Below, piece after piece: positions 1-8,471 of a stretch of 62,372 nucleotides of DNA. The notes below the pieces were generated by a model. It was not told the origin of the DNA. It saw nothing but the letters and a program-made list of their open reading frames with translations, and made no database searches. The position numbers and the translations under genes are program-made. This stretch comes from a virus: positions 1-62,372 of the IMG/VR virus record IMGVR_UViG_3300001202_000002. One strand, given 5' to 3'. Position 1 is the first letter of the stretch. Each line of letters starts with the position of its first letter.

Positions 1-49
1 CACCGTTATACAACACCCGTACTTGCTCAACGCAGTCCGGTAAAGTTTC
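1..49. repeat. 49-bp terminal direct repeat, copy 1 (identical to 62324..62372)
   Basis: caccgttatacaacacccgtacttgctcaacgcagtccggtaaagtttc occurs at both window ends. It is either a circular-assembly overlap or a short terminal redundancy. Confidence 0.95.
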
Positions 50-532
50 TATCGGCCTATAAGTATTGAATAGAAAAAGTTTCTTCTCTGATAGTTGGTG
101 GGGATTCTTTTGAATACCCAGCCCAGCCCACTCGCCATAGTGACGACCATTGCCAAGTGTTACAAGAGCTTCTGCATTGCGTTCAACCCACCCTGCGAAA
201 CCGTAGTTGTCATCCTCTGGCGTTATGAGTCGCTTGCGAGACTGAACACTAACAATTTGACCGTCGTGGATATTGATACAGGCATTCGTACCATCCATCT
301 TCTCAGTGATTGTTATGGTGTTAGTCTTCGCCCTGGGTATTTTAGGCCAAGCTTTAAATTCTGTTGTGCTAGTGTCTTCTTCAATCATTTTATCTGACTC
401 CAATAAGTCTTGAAACGCTTTATCTAAACGGTTATTGTGGATTTTATCCCCGTAACTGTGATCATATTCCCAAGGGTCATCGTCCCACGGATCTATCATT
501 TGATCTATGTGCCAGTCCGCAATTTCACCCAT
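1..532 (-). CDS. ATP-dependent RNA-ligase-like nucleotidyltransferase, 5' part (gene wraps the window junction and continues at 62323..62151)
   Basis: My own minus-strand translation from the ATG at 532 gives MGEIADWHIDQ...ITITEKMDGTNACINIHDG (KxDG motif, Lys codon 301..299) ...RHYGEWAGLGIQKN. The ATGGGTGA overlaps the stop of 525..737. The frame stays open to nt 1 and joins 62323 in frame. It is absent from the ORF track because it runs off the window. Confidence 0.7.
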   Translation of the reverse strand, partial: MGEIADWHIDQMIDPWDDDPWEYDHSYGDKIHNNRLDKAFQDLLESDKMIEEDTSTTEFKAWPKIPRAKTNTITITEKMDGTNACINIHDGQIVSVQSRKRLITPEDDNYGFAGWVERNAEALVTLGNGRHYGEWAGLGIQKNPHQLSEKKLFLFNTYRPIETLPDCVEQVRVLYNG

Positions 533-737
533 TGTTATCCTCCAGAGGACAGTGATCAGGTATAACCCCTGTGTAGTAAGCTATAGACCCCGACATATGA
601 GGGTTATTACCTACCGTGTAAGGGAGTGTCTGGTCACCCATGCGACACACGGGAATGTATCTCACTGTACCGAAAGCCCCTCGATGATCTTTATGGGGGC
701 AATCCTCACAACTCTTTATTACTATCTTCTTGTTCAT
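525..737 (-). CDS. hypothetical Cys-rich small protein (CxxC...C, possible zinc ribbon)
   Basis: Track ORF containing SCEDCPHKDH...IPVC. Its stop overlaps the start of the downstream ligase gene. Confidence 0.5.
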   Translation of the reverse strand: MNKKIVIKSCEDCPHKDHRGAFGTVRYIPVCRMGDQTLPYTVGNNPHMSGSIAYYTGVIPDHCPLEDNNG

Positions 738-1008
738 TTAACCTGTCCCACGCTTCCGCGCTAATCGTTATAGGTTTTTCATTTAATAATCTAACAACAT
801 GTCCATGCGATTCGTATGCCGATTGCATATACATAAACAGTGCTCTGGTTATTACGTCTCGCCAGGGGTATTCTCTGGGATTCGCTACATGTGTTTTTAT
901 CGCATTCATGAGTAGGTAATGATTATTATCAAAAGCCCACTTATGCATTTGTCCTGGATTCATGCCTATGAACTGCTCTACAGTTATGTTAATTTTATTC
1001 ATCGCCAT
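706..1008 (-). CDS. hypothetical protein
   Basis: Track ORF 706..1086 trimmed to the internal ATG (MAMNKINIT), which overlaps the stop of 995..1249 (ATGGCGATGAATAA). Lies in a tight same-strand operon. Confidence 0.5.
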   Translation of the reverse strand: MAMNKINITVEQFIGMNPGQMHKWAFDNNHYLLMNAIKTHVANPREYPWRDVITRALFMYMQSAYESHGHVVRLLNEKPITISAEAWDRLNEQEDSNKEL

Positions 1009-1249
1009 ACCAATTCCTCTCACCACCATTAGCAATTCTGAATATAACCTTACCCTGTTCCATGTCGTAAACGTGAGCCCAATCAATTATCATTCCGCCG
1101 TACATGATAGGGGTCTGCTCAGTTTTCTCCCCTAATCGATCACAAGCACACACGACGGCATGCTCTTTGTCGTCAGTAGATGTATAATAATCGTACATCC
1201 CTCCGCTAGGATAGAATTCAGATCCTGCAAATATTAAATAGCGTTTCAT
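995..1249 (-). CDS. hypothetical protein
   Basis: Track ORF; its start overlaps the stop of the helicase gene by 4 nt. Confidence 0.55.
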   Translation of the reverse strand: MKRYLIFAGSEFYPSGGMYDYYTSTDDKEHAVVCACDRLGEKTEQTPIMYGGMIIDWAHVYDMEQGKVIFRIANGGERNWYGDE

Positions 1250-2694
1250 TTCCCATACTCGTTTAAGAACTCAAACAACTCGTCTTGCGTCTCTGCGCGA
1301 GATGCTAAGGCCATAGCTACTCGTTGTTCGATTGAGTTTCTGATAACGATTCGGTTGACGCTGACGATATCAGTTTGTCCCTGGCGGTGGAGTCTTCCGA
1401 TAAGCTGCTGGTAGAGTTCAAGACTCCAGAACATGGAGTACAGTACGAAAGTGTTTCCGCCGTACTGAAAATTGAGCCCGTGCCCGGCGCTAGCTGGATG
1501 TATAAGGAGTCGTGGGATTTCTCCCTTATTCCAGGCTTCGATTTGGGAGCCTTCTTTATCCAAAACTTCCCATTTCGGAAACTTAGCCGTGATCCTTTCG
1601 AGATCCGACTGAAACCAGTAGGCGATAAGAAGTGGATAGTCACAGGAATCGTCAAGCTCTTCGAGAGCATCAAGTTTAGCCTTATGGACGGGCGTCCATT
1701 GCTTTTCGTAATCAGGATCTTGAGGATCTCCGACGTAGCAGGCCCCATTACTGAACTGCATGAGTTTATTAGCGAGCGCTCCAGCATTTGCAGCAATAAT
1801 TTCTTCGTCGATTCCATCGTTCTCAACCTCTAATAAAAATTCTGATTCCAAGGTCTCCATATCAGCACGTACTTTGGCTGGTATGTCCACCACTATATCG
1901 TTCTGCACCAACTCTGGCATATCCAAATGATCTTCGGGGCGCATAACTTTTGCAATATCAGCAATCGATCTATATACGTTCTCCGCAGAGCCAACTGTGG
2001 GTTCCCATTTCTGGTACTGTACCCCAGGAGGTGCTTCGTTTGACATATAAGCTTTTCTGAAGTGAGAAATACGAACCCCTAAACGCTTACCTGAGTCCAG
2101 AAGTTTGACCTGTGACCATAAATTCTCCACCCCACTGGCGGCTGGAGTAGCAGTCAGACCAAATATTCTCTCTACAGGACTACTTATCTCATGCAACACA
2201 CCCTTGACAGTCTTCGTGTAATCACAGCAAATCTCTTCCATCGTTTTAAATCTGTTAGATGTTGATGATTTAAACATAGAAAACTCATCAAATACGATAG
2301 TATCGAAAGGCCAATCTATATTCATATCTTTCAATAGGTCTACTAACCATTCGAGATTCTCAGGGTTTATCGTGCAAATACCGTGATTGAATGCCAATGA
2401 CGCCAGGACGGCAGATCTTCTCTGCTTAGGAGTTCCCACTGCTCGGTATACCGATAAGTGCTTAGTGTGTGTCCAATTCTTTGATTCCTCGTGCCATACA
2501 GTATTGGCCACACGCTTCGGTGCAATGATTAGTGTTCGTTCCATATCCCCGAATGACTGCAGTTCAGCTAACGCAGTCAAGGCCATTATGGTTTTACCTA
2601 AACCCAGACCGGCCAGTAACATGCTTCTGTCATTTTCGATCAGGAAGCCAGTACCGTCGTGCTGGTAGTCGTGCATGTTAGAAGGTTTAAGCAT
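1246..2694 (-). CDS. SNF2/DEAD-like superfamily-2 helicase
   Basis: Helicase motifs GLGLGKT (I), VFDEFSMFK (II), GLTATP (III) and GRLHRQGQ (VI). Confidence 0.85.
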   Translation of the reverse strand: MLKPSNMHDYQHDGTGFLIENDRSMLLAGLGLGKTIMALTALAELQSFGDMERTLIIAPKRVANTVWHEESKNWTHTKHLSVYRAVGTPKQRRSAVLASLAFNHGICTINPENLEWLVDLLKDMNIDWPFDTIVFDEFSMFKSSTSNRFKTMEEICCDYTKTVKGVLHEISSPVERIFGLTATPAASGVENLWSQVKLLDSGKRLGVRISHFRKAYMSNEAPPGVQYQKWEPTVGSAENVYRSIADIAKVMRPEDHLDMPELVQNDIVVDIPAKVRADMETLESEFLLEVENDGIDEEIIAANAGALANKLMQFSNGACYVGDPQDPDYEKQWTPVHKAKLDALEELDDSCDYPLLIAYWFQSDLERITAKFPKWEVLDKEGSQIEAWNKGEIPRLLIHPASAGHGLNFQYGGNTFVLYSMFWSLELYQQLIGRLHRQGQTDIVSVNRIVIRNSIEQRVAMALASRAETQDELFEFLNEYGK

Positions 2695-2695
2695 A

Positions 2696-2764
2696 TTATG
2701 GCATCGAATCTATAACAATTATTGCGAGTATGGTTATGACACACATTATCAGAAAAGTATTCAT
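2696..2764 (-). CDS. possible 22-aa hydrophobic micropeptide (MNTFLIMCVITILAIIVIDSMP)
   Basis: My own translation. Its ATG overlaps the stop of 2761..2961 (ATGA) and its stop lies 2 nt before the helicase ATG. Below the track size cutoff. Confidence 0.25.
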   Translation of the reverse strand: MNTFLIMCVITILAIIVIDSMP

Positions 2765-2961
2765 GAGAATGTGCAGAAGTTAATCACGTCTTGCAGGAGA
2801 AAGTAGTACTTAAAGTCTCCCAACTCGGCCATGATATTGCCAGTCACGTCAGTTAGTGATAGCCCAGAATCTTTACGATCAGATACTATCTGGCATGCCA
2901 ATGCCATCTTCTCTTGTGCAGGCATGTCTCCGGCTGGATCATTTGTTACTAGTGGTATCAT
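2761..2961 (-). CDS. hypothetical protein
   Basis: Track ORF in a tight same-strand operon. Confidence 0.45.
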   Translation of the reverse strand: MIPLVTNDPAGDMPAQEKMALACQIVSDRKDSGLSLTDVTGNIMAELGDFKYYFLLQDVINFCTFS

Positions 2962-3244
2962 TTTCTATTTCCTCGTATCGGTTATGTATAACTATTACTG
3001 TTTCATTATCGTCTGCTAATTCATACGTAGGCTCACAATCACAACGACTCTCTACTAAGCAATCATCTCCCGGCCCTATGTTTATAGTATGCCCCTTTTC
3101 ATTAGGTAGAACATGGGTACAGTCGCCAATTTCATATCCAAAAGTTACAGTAATCCAATGACTGTTAAGTACGTCACTCAAAGGTATGAAATCCCCATTG
3201 AGAGTTGCTTCTGCTATCATGTGTGCCATTTGTTTTGCACCCAA
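2939..3244 (-). CDS. hypothetical protein
   Basis: Track ORF in operon context. Confidence 0.5.
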   Translation of the reverse strand: MGAKQMAHMIAEATLNGDFIPLSDVLNSHWITVTFGYEIGDCTHVLPNEKGHTINIGPGDDCLVESRCDCEPTYELADDNETVIVIHNRYEEIENDTTSNK

Positions 3245-3501
3245 TCGTAGGCGTCTTTCGGGTTATCAAACCATTCGCATTCGATACCCGCTCTATTTAA
3301 CGTTCTCTGGCGAACTGTCTGTAGTCCCCGAGGTTTCGATTTACCTTTCTTCACTTCGATCAGGAATACTCTGCCGTGACCGAAACAGAACAGATCAGGA
3401 TACCCTGCGATACCTACTATCTGCATTTTCAAACACCAATACCCAAGAGATCGCAATCCCTCTCGGATAGTAGCCTGTACTTTACCCTCTGGTGTTGCCA
3501 T
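3217..3501 (-). CDS. VRR-NUC domain nuclease (PD-(D/E)xK)
   Basis: GYPDLFCF...VFLIEVKKGKSKPRGLQ matches the VRR-NUC G-x-PD ... E-V-K pattern. Its ~94-aa size is typical. Confidence 0.8.
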   Translation of the reverse strand: MATPEGKVQATIREGLRSLGYWCLKMQIVGIAGYPDLFCFGHGRVFLIEVKKGKSKPRGLQTVRQRTLNRAGIECEWFDNPKDAYDWVQNKWHT

Positions 3502-3742
3502 GATCTATGACCACAACCATACCCGCAGGAGCATTGACAAGTTCAAGGCTGACATTATTATACAGCACTTTACCTTTAGTTATCTGGGTAGGAGGCATCG
3601 GATACATTGTTATATCCTCAATAATAGTGGCTCTTAAATCTCTCCACTCGGCATCCCCTAAAAATATCTTATCGATTGTAATCCCGAGATATTTATAGTA
3701 TGTAATAATGGAATCCAAAGTCTCTAATATCATTCTGTCCAC
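3482..3742 (-). CDS. hypothetical protein
   Basis: Track ORF; it overlaps both neighbours in the operon. Confidence 0.5.
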   Translation of the reverse strand: MDRMILETLDSIITYYKYLGITIDKIFLGDAEWRDLRATIIEDITMYPMPPTQITKGKVLYNNVSLELVNAPAGMVVVIDHGNTRG

Positions 3743-5541
3743 CCTATAGAATCAAGTATGTTTTTAGCTTCCCTAATGTACCATCCTCGCCATAGATCTT
3801 CTGGGAATTGGTACGGTAAATCTAAAGCTAGAACTCCGTTCATTGTGTTAGGTACGTTGTTACCGCTCTTGATGTAGGTCATAGGCAGACGAAATTCTTT
3901 ACCTATATACCATCTCACAGAACCCCCTACGTCTTGCATGTCGTATTCACATCCTCCTGCTACCTTGCGTAGGAATACAAATTCTCTGATATCATCGCAT
4001 TCGTTTATAACATCGGCATAGTGGCGTCCGCCAGCTACGTGCTCCATGACAGCCTGGCCCAGGATATGTGCGTTAGGCGCTACGTCCACGATACCGATAC
4101 CCATGTCAGCGAATGTGGCTTTACCTTTGTACGTTCCGTCCGGCTTCACTGCGAAGTAGTCGTTCACTGATCTGTTGTAAATACCTTTATAGTCAGTGCG
4201 TTCGAGCACGAGATCGGTAAGTTTCTCCCATTCGCCTATTATATAATCGAATGCAGTTTCATCGTTTTTGTTAAATCTGCACACAATTCCGTCGGTGTTG
4301 GCAGACACTACGGATACCCCACTCATCTCCATCATTTCAATAAGCTTGAGCAACAGTAGTTGTCCTGTAATGGTCGTATGAATCAAAAGACTTGGCGCGA
4401 AGAGTGAGCTAAATTTATTACCAAACTTTCCAAACGATGAATTGATTACGATCTTTAGTGAGTCGGCCACGGTCTTATCGCCGCTTGCTTTAGCTGCCAA
4501 CCTAGTTCGAACGATACCGCCGTATACGTCCAAAAATGTCTCCGCGTCGTATTGCGGAGGCGCGTATTTATTATTCAATATCATCATGGGATAGAAGCTC
4601 GCAACGTCCACATCGCATAATACTTCATCATCCCCGACGGTAATGGACCGTTTAGATTCCTGACTATGCAATCCGCCTACACCCATTTTGTATGTAGTGC
4701 CGTAAAACTCAAAAGGTTTCAGCATGACATTAGGAGGCTTCATCTTACCATCGTTACCGATCTTGAATGACATACCATCAGTTATGTCCACATGCATAGC
4801 TTCCAAAACGGGATCTTTAAACCATAAATAAGACGGGGAAGTGTAATGGTATTCGTCCTGAATCTCTACATCCTCACCGCGTACAGGAGTAATACCCGCC
4901 CTTTTCAATTCCAATTTAATTACAGACTCTGCTATCTGGGCATCTGATTTCGAATACATGTCTATGCCGTACTGTTTAGTCAACGCTTGGCGCAGTACTA
5001 TCTGAGGTCTTTGATCATGAAATATAGCAGCAGTGGCATCGCAGTCGTTTTCGTTATAGGGACGCAGTATGTTCACGTCGTCCATAGTCAGAGACTTCCA
5101 CCAGGGGATTGGCAATTCTTGAAGCTTCCGAAAACCTATCCTGGCGGCATACATTTTCAGACTATGAAATCCTTTGGGGATATTGAATAAGTCTATCTCT
5201 GTCTTGGCTTCGTATCGAATCAATCCGAACTTATTTCTGAAATTGTCCCATCCTCGCCAGGGTAATAGAGGATGCTTATCAGCAACGCAGGCTTGTGACA
5301 ACTGGAACAACTCATCATTTGTCAGCTGTGATAGATATCCTGATACCATAAAGTTATCGTAACGCATGATGTTGAAGCCTATGAATGTGGAAGCTTCCAT
5401 GAGGTCGAGTAGAACGTCTTGATCAACGCCTATTTCTTTATCCTCGAACTTCTCAAACATATACACCTCGCCCGTGTCCAAATCTTTACAACAGCAGCTA
5501 AAGTAATTTGGATAGCACTCTACGTCGAATGTGAATTTCAT
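3730..5541 (-). CDS. DNA polymerase with N-terminal 3'-5' proofreading exonuclease; family-B (phi29-like) motif set
   Basis: ExoI FDVECYP, ExoII GFNIMRYDNF, ExoIII YNENDCDAT. Polymerase motif A is DVASFYPMM (DxxSLYPS-like), motif B is KIVINSSFGKFG (KxxxNSxYG) and motif C is SANTDGI (DTDS-like). Confidence 0.85.
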   Translation of the reverse strand: MKFTFDVECYPNYFSCCCKDLDTGEVYMFEKFEDKEIGVDQDVLLDLMEASTFIGFNIMRYDNFMVSGYLSQLTNDELFQLSQACVADKHPLLPWRGWDNFRNKFGLIRYEAKTEIDLFNIPKGFHSLKMYAARIGFRKLQELPIPWWKSLTMDDVNILRPYNENDCDATAAIFHDQRPQIVLRQALTKQYGIDMYSKSDAQIAESVIKLELKRAGITPVRGEDVEIQDEYHYTSPSYLWFKDPVLEAMHVDITDGMSFKIGNDGKMKPPNVMLKPFEFYGTTYKMGVGGLHSQESKRSITVGDDEVLCDVDVASFYPMMILNNKYAPPQYDAETFLDVYGGIVRTRLAAKASGDKTVADSLKIVINSSFGKFGNKFSSLFAPSLLIHTTITGQLLLLKLIEMMEMSGVSVVSANTDGIVCRFNKNDETAFDYIIGEWEKLTDLVLERTDYKGIYNRSVNDYFAVKPDGTYKGKATFADMGIGIVDVAPNAHILGQAVMEHVAGGRHYADVINECDDIREFVFLRKVAGGCEYDMQDVGGSVRWYIGKEFRLPMTYIKSGNNVPNTMNGVLALDLPYQFPEDLWRGWYIREAKNILDSIGWTE

Positions 5542-5711
5542 TTTGGCCCCTGCTTTGGTTTTCTATGGATATTCCAATAACCACTAGCTTTTATTCTCAC
5601 TCTGACCCGTCCGTTCTTGTCACTTACGAACTCCACTAGAGCTTCATCGCTTATCTGAATGACATCTCCGGATGCCATGATCGCGGCTATTGTTTTTCTA
5701 GCGCCTGCCAT
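5538..5711 (-). CDS. hypothetical 57-aa protein (below track cutoff)
   Basis: My own translation: MAGARKTIAAIMASGDVIQISDEALVEFVSDKNGRVRVRIKASGYWNIHRKPKQGPK. An AAGGA Shine-Dalgarno sequence lies upstream, and its stop overlaps the polymerase ATG (ATGA). Confidence 0.5.
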   Translation of the reverse strand: MAGARKTIAAIMASGDVIQISDEALVEFVSDKNGRVRVRIKASGYWNIHRKPKQGPK

Positions 5712-5724
5712 TGTCTGTAATTCC

Positions 5725-6159
5725 TTACGAATATATTATTGTATCGAAGTCAGCCTCAAGTTGTCGGGCCGCTCTGTTGTATGTTTCCATACAGAATTCA
5801 GGTACTCTGTGTAATCCATGCGTGAAAAATAAAGAATACCCTAAAATTATTCTGATAGCGTGTACGTCAGTGATACTTAATTTAGCGTCATGCGTGTCTA
5901 GCATTATATCCAGCGCTTCGTGATATCTAGGGAAACGCCTTTTCATTCTTTGCATTATGTCATTTGCGACTATCGCTTCCATGCCATAGCTTTGTAAAAT
6001 TAGGACTGTACTTCTGGGTATTAATAGAAATGAGTCTTCTATGATATGTCTTTCCGCCATCGTTCTGGCGGAAAGACGAGTACCAACAAGGGGGCTGAGA
6101 TCAGCCCCACTGTTAGTTATAAGCGACAAATTAAATGTCTGCTTCTGCATCAACGTCAC
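5725..6159 (-). CDS. hypothetical protein
   Basis: Track ORF in operon context. Confidence 0.55.
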   Translation of the reverse strand: MTLMQKQTFNLSLITNSGADLSPLVGTRLSARTMAERHIIEDSFLLIPRSTVLILQSYGMEAIVANDIMQRMKRRFPRYHEALDIMLDTHDAKLSITDVHAIRIILGYSLFFTHGLHRVPEFCMETYNRAARQLEADFDTIIYS

Positions 6160-6739
6160 CTAATTGATCAAGCATTTCGGTCATGGAAGCGCCACCGCCG
6201 TTACCTAGGCGTGTACCGTCTTCTACGAAGCGAATAAGCATTATGTTAGCTCTGCAGTGCTTATACTTGGTAGATGTCCACATTGATACGATAGCGTCGA
6301 CCTTGCAGCCAGGATAGAAAATGCCGTTACCTTCCTCGGAACCGTCTTCCTCGACAACCTGAGTGTTTGCTCGGTCAATCGTGTTGATTCGCTTAGGTCG
6401 GCGGTTTTCTTTGGGGCCGGTAGACCCCCCTTTGACTTTAATAGCCCAACCGTCGAAGTCTACACCGTCGTTTTCTTCAGTAAGGGTTATTTCTTTGATG
6501 CAAAAACGCTCAGTCTTTTCCGGATATCCGCGAGGAAGTTTCTTCTCAGATCCGAACTCCTCGATACCTGCGGCCAAGCCAGCAGCTACCAATTCGTCGT
6601 ACTTTTCTTGGCTATCAAACAAAAGTACAGCACTATGCTGAGGATTGTCTGTGGGTTCCCCCTCAAACAATTCCGGAGTGTAGATGTTTGGATAGCTTAA
6701 GATTGCGCCTTTAATTGCGATGTTGTGCGATGTTGCCAT
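6131..6739 (-). CDS. ssDNA-binding protein, DUF2815/T7 gp2.5-like, with acidic C-terminal tail
   Basis: Trimmed to MATSHNIAIKGAILSYPNIYTPE, which is preceded by AGGAG. The DUF2815-like N-terminus sits next to a DUF2800-type nuclease. The tail is ...GDVDAEADI. Confidence 0.7.
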   Translation of the reverse strand: MATSHNIAIKGAILSYPNIYTPELFEGEPTDNPQHSAVLLFDSQEKYDELVAAGLAAGIEEFGSEKKLPRGYPEKTERFCIKEITLTEENDGVDFDGWAIKVKGGSTGPKENRRPKRINTIDRANTQVVEEDGSEEGNGIFYPGCKVDAIVSMWTSTKYKHCRANIMLIRFVEDGTRLGNGGGASMTEMLDQLGDVDAEADI

Positions 6740-6764
6740 TGTGTTTCTCCTGTTAAAAAGTATA

Positions 6765-8030
6765 TTAAGTTTCGTCGTCCAGATCACTTATCATGCTTTC
6801 AAGTGTATCCAATGCTGGTCGCTTGTCGGACGAAGACACAAGCGATGGTTTACCCGGATTCTTTCTAAAACAGTCTCCGAGCAGGTTGTCGAAATTTTTA
6901 GCTCCGACAAACTTGGTTAATTCTGTTACGGATTTTAAGGCAGGCTCCTTCCAAGCCGCCTTACCCAGTATAAAAGCAACCTCTTCGGGAGATATACATG
7001 TGTTGCTACCTCTACCCTCCACTACTTTTAATGTCTCTAGTTTACCCTCTTCGGCGATAGGTTTCAAGTGAGCTTCGACACGTTCCATCCATTTTTTAGC
7101 AGCGCCGAACAATAAATACATTTTCGCCAGGTCTTCCAAGTCGTATATACTCGGGTCCATAGAATCTTTCGGTAGTTTCTTATTTATCTCAACCATGTCA
7201 GAAGCCTTCGTGTCACTGTATTGGTCCAATTCATCGATTAATTTTAACGTGTCTCGGGCCATTAATTCTGTCGACTCTGTACAATATTCAGTACCAAAAA
7301 CCGGACACCATTGGCAAGCCTTATCGCTCGGGGTCCTGGTGGTATCCCCCCTACGAATTTTCTCTACAGCCTTCGTAGCACGGACGATGAATAGCTCTAT
7401 TTCTCCTGGGTTATATACCGCGTGTTGGATACCCCCTGGAACACGGGGCTGATAGATGTGGCCTTCAAAACTATGCACTGTGTAACCCATTTCGTTAATC
7501 ATCTCGCAGGCACCCACAAGGTACAGCAGCAATTGAGTGTTATCCTCTGCAGCCACTTCTCTCATGCCGTACTTCAGATCAATTAGTAGCAGAGTATTAG
7601 TCTCCCGTTTGAATATGATTATATCCGCCGTGCCATAAATAGCTTCATCAATTTCATTCATGTAAACACGTTTTTCTACCAACAGTAAATCATCTTCATC
7701 CTTATGTCGCATGACATATTCTTTGAACCCCAGAGCATGGCCTTGAATTTCAATCCATTCTTCGTCTGTCAGTGGTTCATCGTCCTCATGCATATTCGCA
7801 GAGACAATAGCGGATCTATCTACCGGCTTGTCCAATATCAGGCACTCGCTGACTTCGTGCGCGATAGTACCCACGCGAGAATGACGACTACCGTCGCTTT
7901 TCTTCGGGTATTTCTTTTCGAATATAGGGATTATTACCTGAGATCCTACACAGGTAAGCCACCTGGCGGAACTCGAAGGGGATAGGCTAGCATGCGCCCT
8001 ATCAGAATGATTTATAGTCGTGTTAGTCAT
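6765..8030 (-). CDS. PD-(D/E)xK exonuclease, DUF2800/Cas4-like, with C-terminal Cys cluster
   Basis: N-terminus AHASLSPSSSARWLTCVGS, nuclease core IDLKYG, and cysteines CQWCPVFGTEYC. Confidence 0.75.
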   Translation of the reverse strand: MTNTTINHSDRAHASLSPSSSARWLTCVGSQVIIPIFEKKYPKKSDGSRHSRVGTIAHEVSECLILDKPVDRSAIVSANMHEDDEPLTDEEWIEIQGHALGFKEYVMRHKDEDDLLLVEKRVYMNEIDEAIYGTADIIIFKRETNTLLLIDLKYGMREVAAEDNTQLLLYLVGACEMINEMGYTVHSFEGHIYQPRVPGGIQHAVYNPGEIELFIVRATKAVEKIRRGDTTRTPSDKACQWCPVFGTEYCTESTELMARDTLKLIDELDQYSDTKASDMVEINKKLPKDSMDPSIYDLEDLAKMYLLFGAAKKWMERVEAHLKPIAEEGKLETLKVVEGRGSNTCISPEEVAFILGKAAWKEPALKSVTELTKFVGAKNFDNLLGDCFRKNPGKPSLVSSSDKRPALDTLESMISDLDDET

Positions 8031-8209
8031 AATGGTATCTCTGCAGTTACTGTGTGAATTATACCACTACCTCCGCAGGCAGGGCAAGTCCATTCGTTAA
8101 ATGATATGTCACCAAAATCTGCATCGTTACATTTACCAGTACCTCCGCAATTTTGACATTTTATATCATTCAATTCTGTCTTTAATTCGTCATATGTTTT
8201 AACTGTCAT
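8027..8209 (-). CDS. DnaJ-type CxxCxGxG zinc-finger miniprotein (60 aa)
   Basis: CQNCGGTGKC and CPACGGSGI motifs. Track ORF 8027..8350 was trimmed to the internal ATG, because the upstream part is low-quality sequence overlapping strong RNA hairpins. Confidence 0.6.
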   Translation of the reverse strand: MTVKTYDELKTELNDIKCQNCGGTGKCNDADFGDISFNEWTCPACGGSGIIHTVTAEIPL

Positions 8210-8395
8210 TGTCTGTTTCTCAGTGTAGGTGGAGTTCCGTCGAGAATCGAACGTCGAAAGGTAATTACTCCCTGTCGCCAGACCGGTCTCCGTTGTTAGG
8301 ATTAGGCGGGGGATAGGGTGCGGCCTATTTGTCTCCCCCCTAACTGCCACCTTTTACGCACCGGCGTGGACTACCGGCCAACTGCAATCGTTGTT
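8210..8395 (-). other. highly structured non-coding spacer between the tRNA and the zinc-finger gene (possible ncRNA or processing element)
   Basis: Minus strand shows CCGGTAGTCCACGCCGG, a long imperfect hairpin TAGGGGGGAGACAAATAGGCCGCACCCTATCCCCCGCCTA, the 10-bp palindrome AGACCGGTCT, and GGAGT...ACTCC closing a TTCGA-repeat segment. Confidence 0.3.
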
Positions 8396-8471
8396 TGGTT
8401 GCGGAGGAGGGATTCGAACCCCCGACCTTCGGGTCATGAACCCGACGAGCTATCCTCTGCTCCACTCCGCG
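8396..8471 (-). tRNA. tRNA-Met (CAT), initiator (fMet) type
   Basis: The 76-nt cloverleaf is CGCGGAG TG GAGC AGAGGATA GCTC G TCGGG TTCATGA CCCGA AGGTC GGGGG TTCGAAT CCCTC CTCCGCA ACCA. It has a C1:A72 mismatch, three G:C pairs closing the anticodon loop, and an encoded CCA. Confidence 0.9.

Noticed and set aside
95-397. Plus-strand 100-aa track ORF at the left end
   Set aside because: It lies antisense to, and entirely inside, the motif-bearing RNA-ligase-like ORF (1..532, minus strand). It has no recognisable features and is out of phase with the minus-strand operon.
8221-8300. Possible second tRNA, suggested by a T-loop-like GTTCGATTC on the minus strand
   Set aside because: I could not build an acceptor stem, T-stem or anticodon arm around it; the TCGA repeats are direct, not complementary. 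It is kept only as part of the structured spacer.
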